From a virus (Duplodnaviria; Caudoviricetes), in IMG/VR virus record IMGVR_UViG_2873258297_000006, positions 1 to 64,000 of that record: 64,000 nt of DNA; one strand, written 5' to 3'. The notes beneath the pieces were generated by a model. That model worked only from the letters and a program-made list of their open reading frames with translations. It had not been told where the DNA came from and did not search any database. A program made the translations under genes and the position numbers. Position 1 is the first letter of the stretch. Each line of letters opens with the position of its first letter. Positions 63,628 to 64,000 of this stretch are shown here, one piece after another.

Positions 63628-64000
63628 GCCACCTTGTCTGCGAGCTCGCGGTACCGGTCGAGGAGATCGGTGTTGTTGAGGAACGGATGCTGCGGGAAAA
63701 ACGACCAGTGACTGACCACGGCGTTGCCGATGAGGATGTTCGGCTGGCCGCTCACCGTCGGCCAGTGCACGGTGTGGAAATGCTCTTCCTCATCCGGCAC
63801 CAGCACCCCGGGCTGAGGAAGCGAGGCGTAATCGCGGCCGGCTGAGGCGAAGCAGGACACGGAGAACTGCTCGCCGAGCTTGATGGGAAAGTCCTGGTAC
63901 AGGAAGCAGTCCTCGACCGTGCCGGCCTCGACGTGCCCGATGAGCTTCTCGTGCATCTTCACGGCGAACGGGCCGTTCGCCCAGCCGACCGGATCCATGC
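63624..64000 (-). CDS. C-terminal part of a possible glycosyltransferase-like protein (5-prime end outside the window)
   Basis: Frame open to the window edge; DEE..H...P...N...GNAVVSHWSFFPQ...L..TDLL.RY resembles GT-A-associated C-termini (recognition only). Confidence 0.4.
   Translation of the reverse strand, partial: MDPVGWANGPFAVKMHEKLIGHVEAGTVEDCFLYQDFPIKLGEQFSVSCFASAGRDYASLPQPGVLVPDEEEHFHTVHWPTVSGQPNILIGNAVVSHWSFFPQHPFLNNTDLLDRYRELADKVA

Noticed and set aside
1-64000. tRNA, rRNA or CRISPR loci
   Set aside because: No cloverleaf, rRNA-like or repeat-spacer pattern was recognised by eye; tRNAscan-SE would be needed to exclude tRNAs firmly.

Overview
A 64 kb stretch of high-GC actinobacterial DNA, very probably Streptomyces-type, from a temperate long-tailed (siphovirus) phage or prophage. 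Both window ends are inside the element; no host genes, integrase, recognisable CI repressor or endolysin are visible. From left to right: (1) 1-25300, a long, mostly rightward early region of translationally coupled small genes. It includes two orphan beta-class amino-methyltransferases, a DnaQ-like exonuclease plus a RecE/RecT-like pair, an RHH/HNH divergent pair, a lambda-O-like replication initiator with internal iterons, a loader-like gene, a VUT (YhhQ) transporter next to a DpdA/TGT-like transglycosylase, MazG and NUDIX hydrolases, and LuxR/XRE regulators. (2) 25300-37400, a block resembling the transfer region of an actinomycete conjugative plasmid or AICE: a short second initiator-like wHTH gene, a GIY-YIG/GntR fusion divergent from a KorSA-type GntR-UTRA repressor, shared operators, a Xis-like HTH, Spd-like membrane proteins, an FtsK/TraB-like translocase and a clt-like repeat array. 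(3) 37400-42450, morons and an operator-controlled cluster of small genes. (4) 42557-63352, a complete packaging, head and tail module with a -1 frameshifted tail chaperone and a 1464 aa tape measure protein, followed by converging minus-strand genes. The strongest candidate for a new system is a virion-encoding phage carrying an apparently intact Kor-Spd-TraB-clt conjugation module. The second is a two-gene 7-deazaguanine salvage and DNA-modification unit. All product calls come from recognising motifs by eye; no database searches were run.
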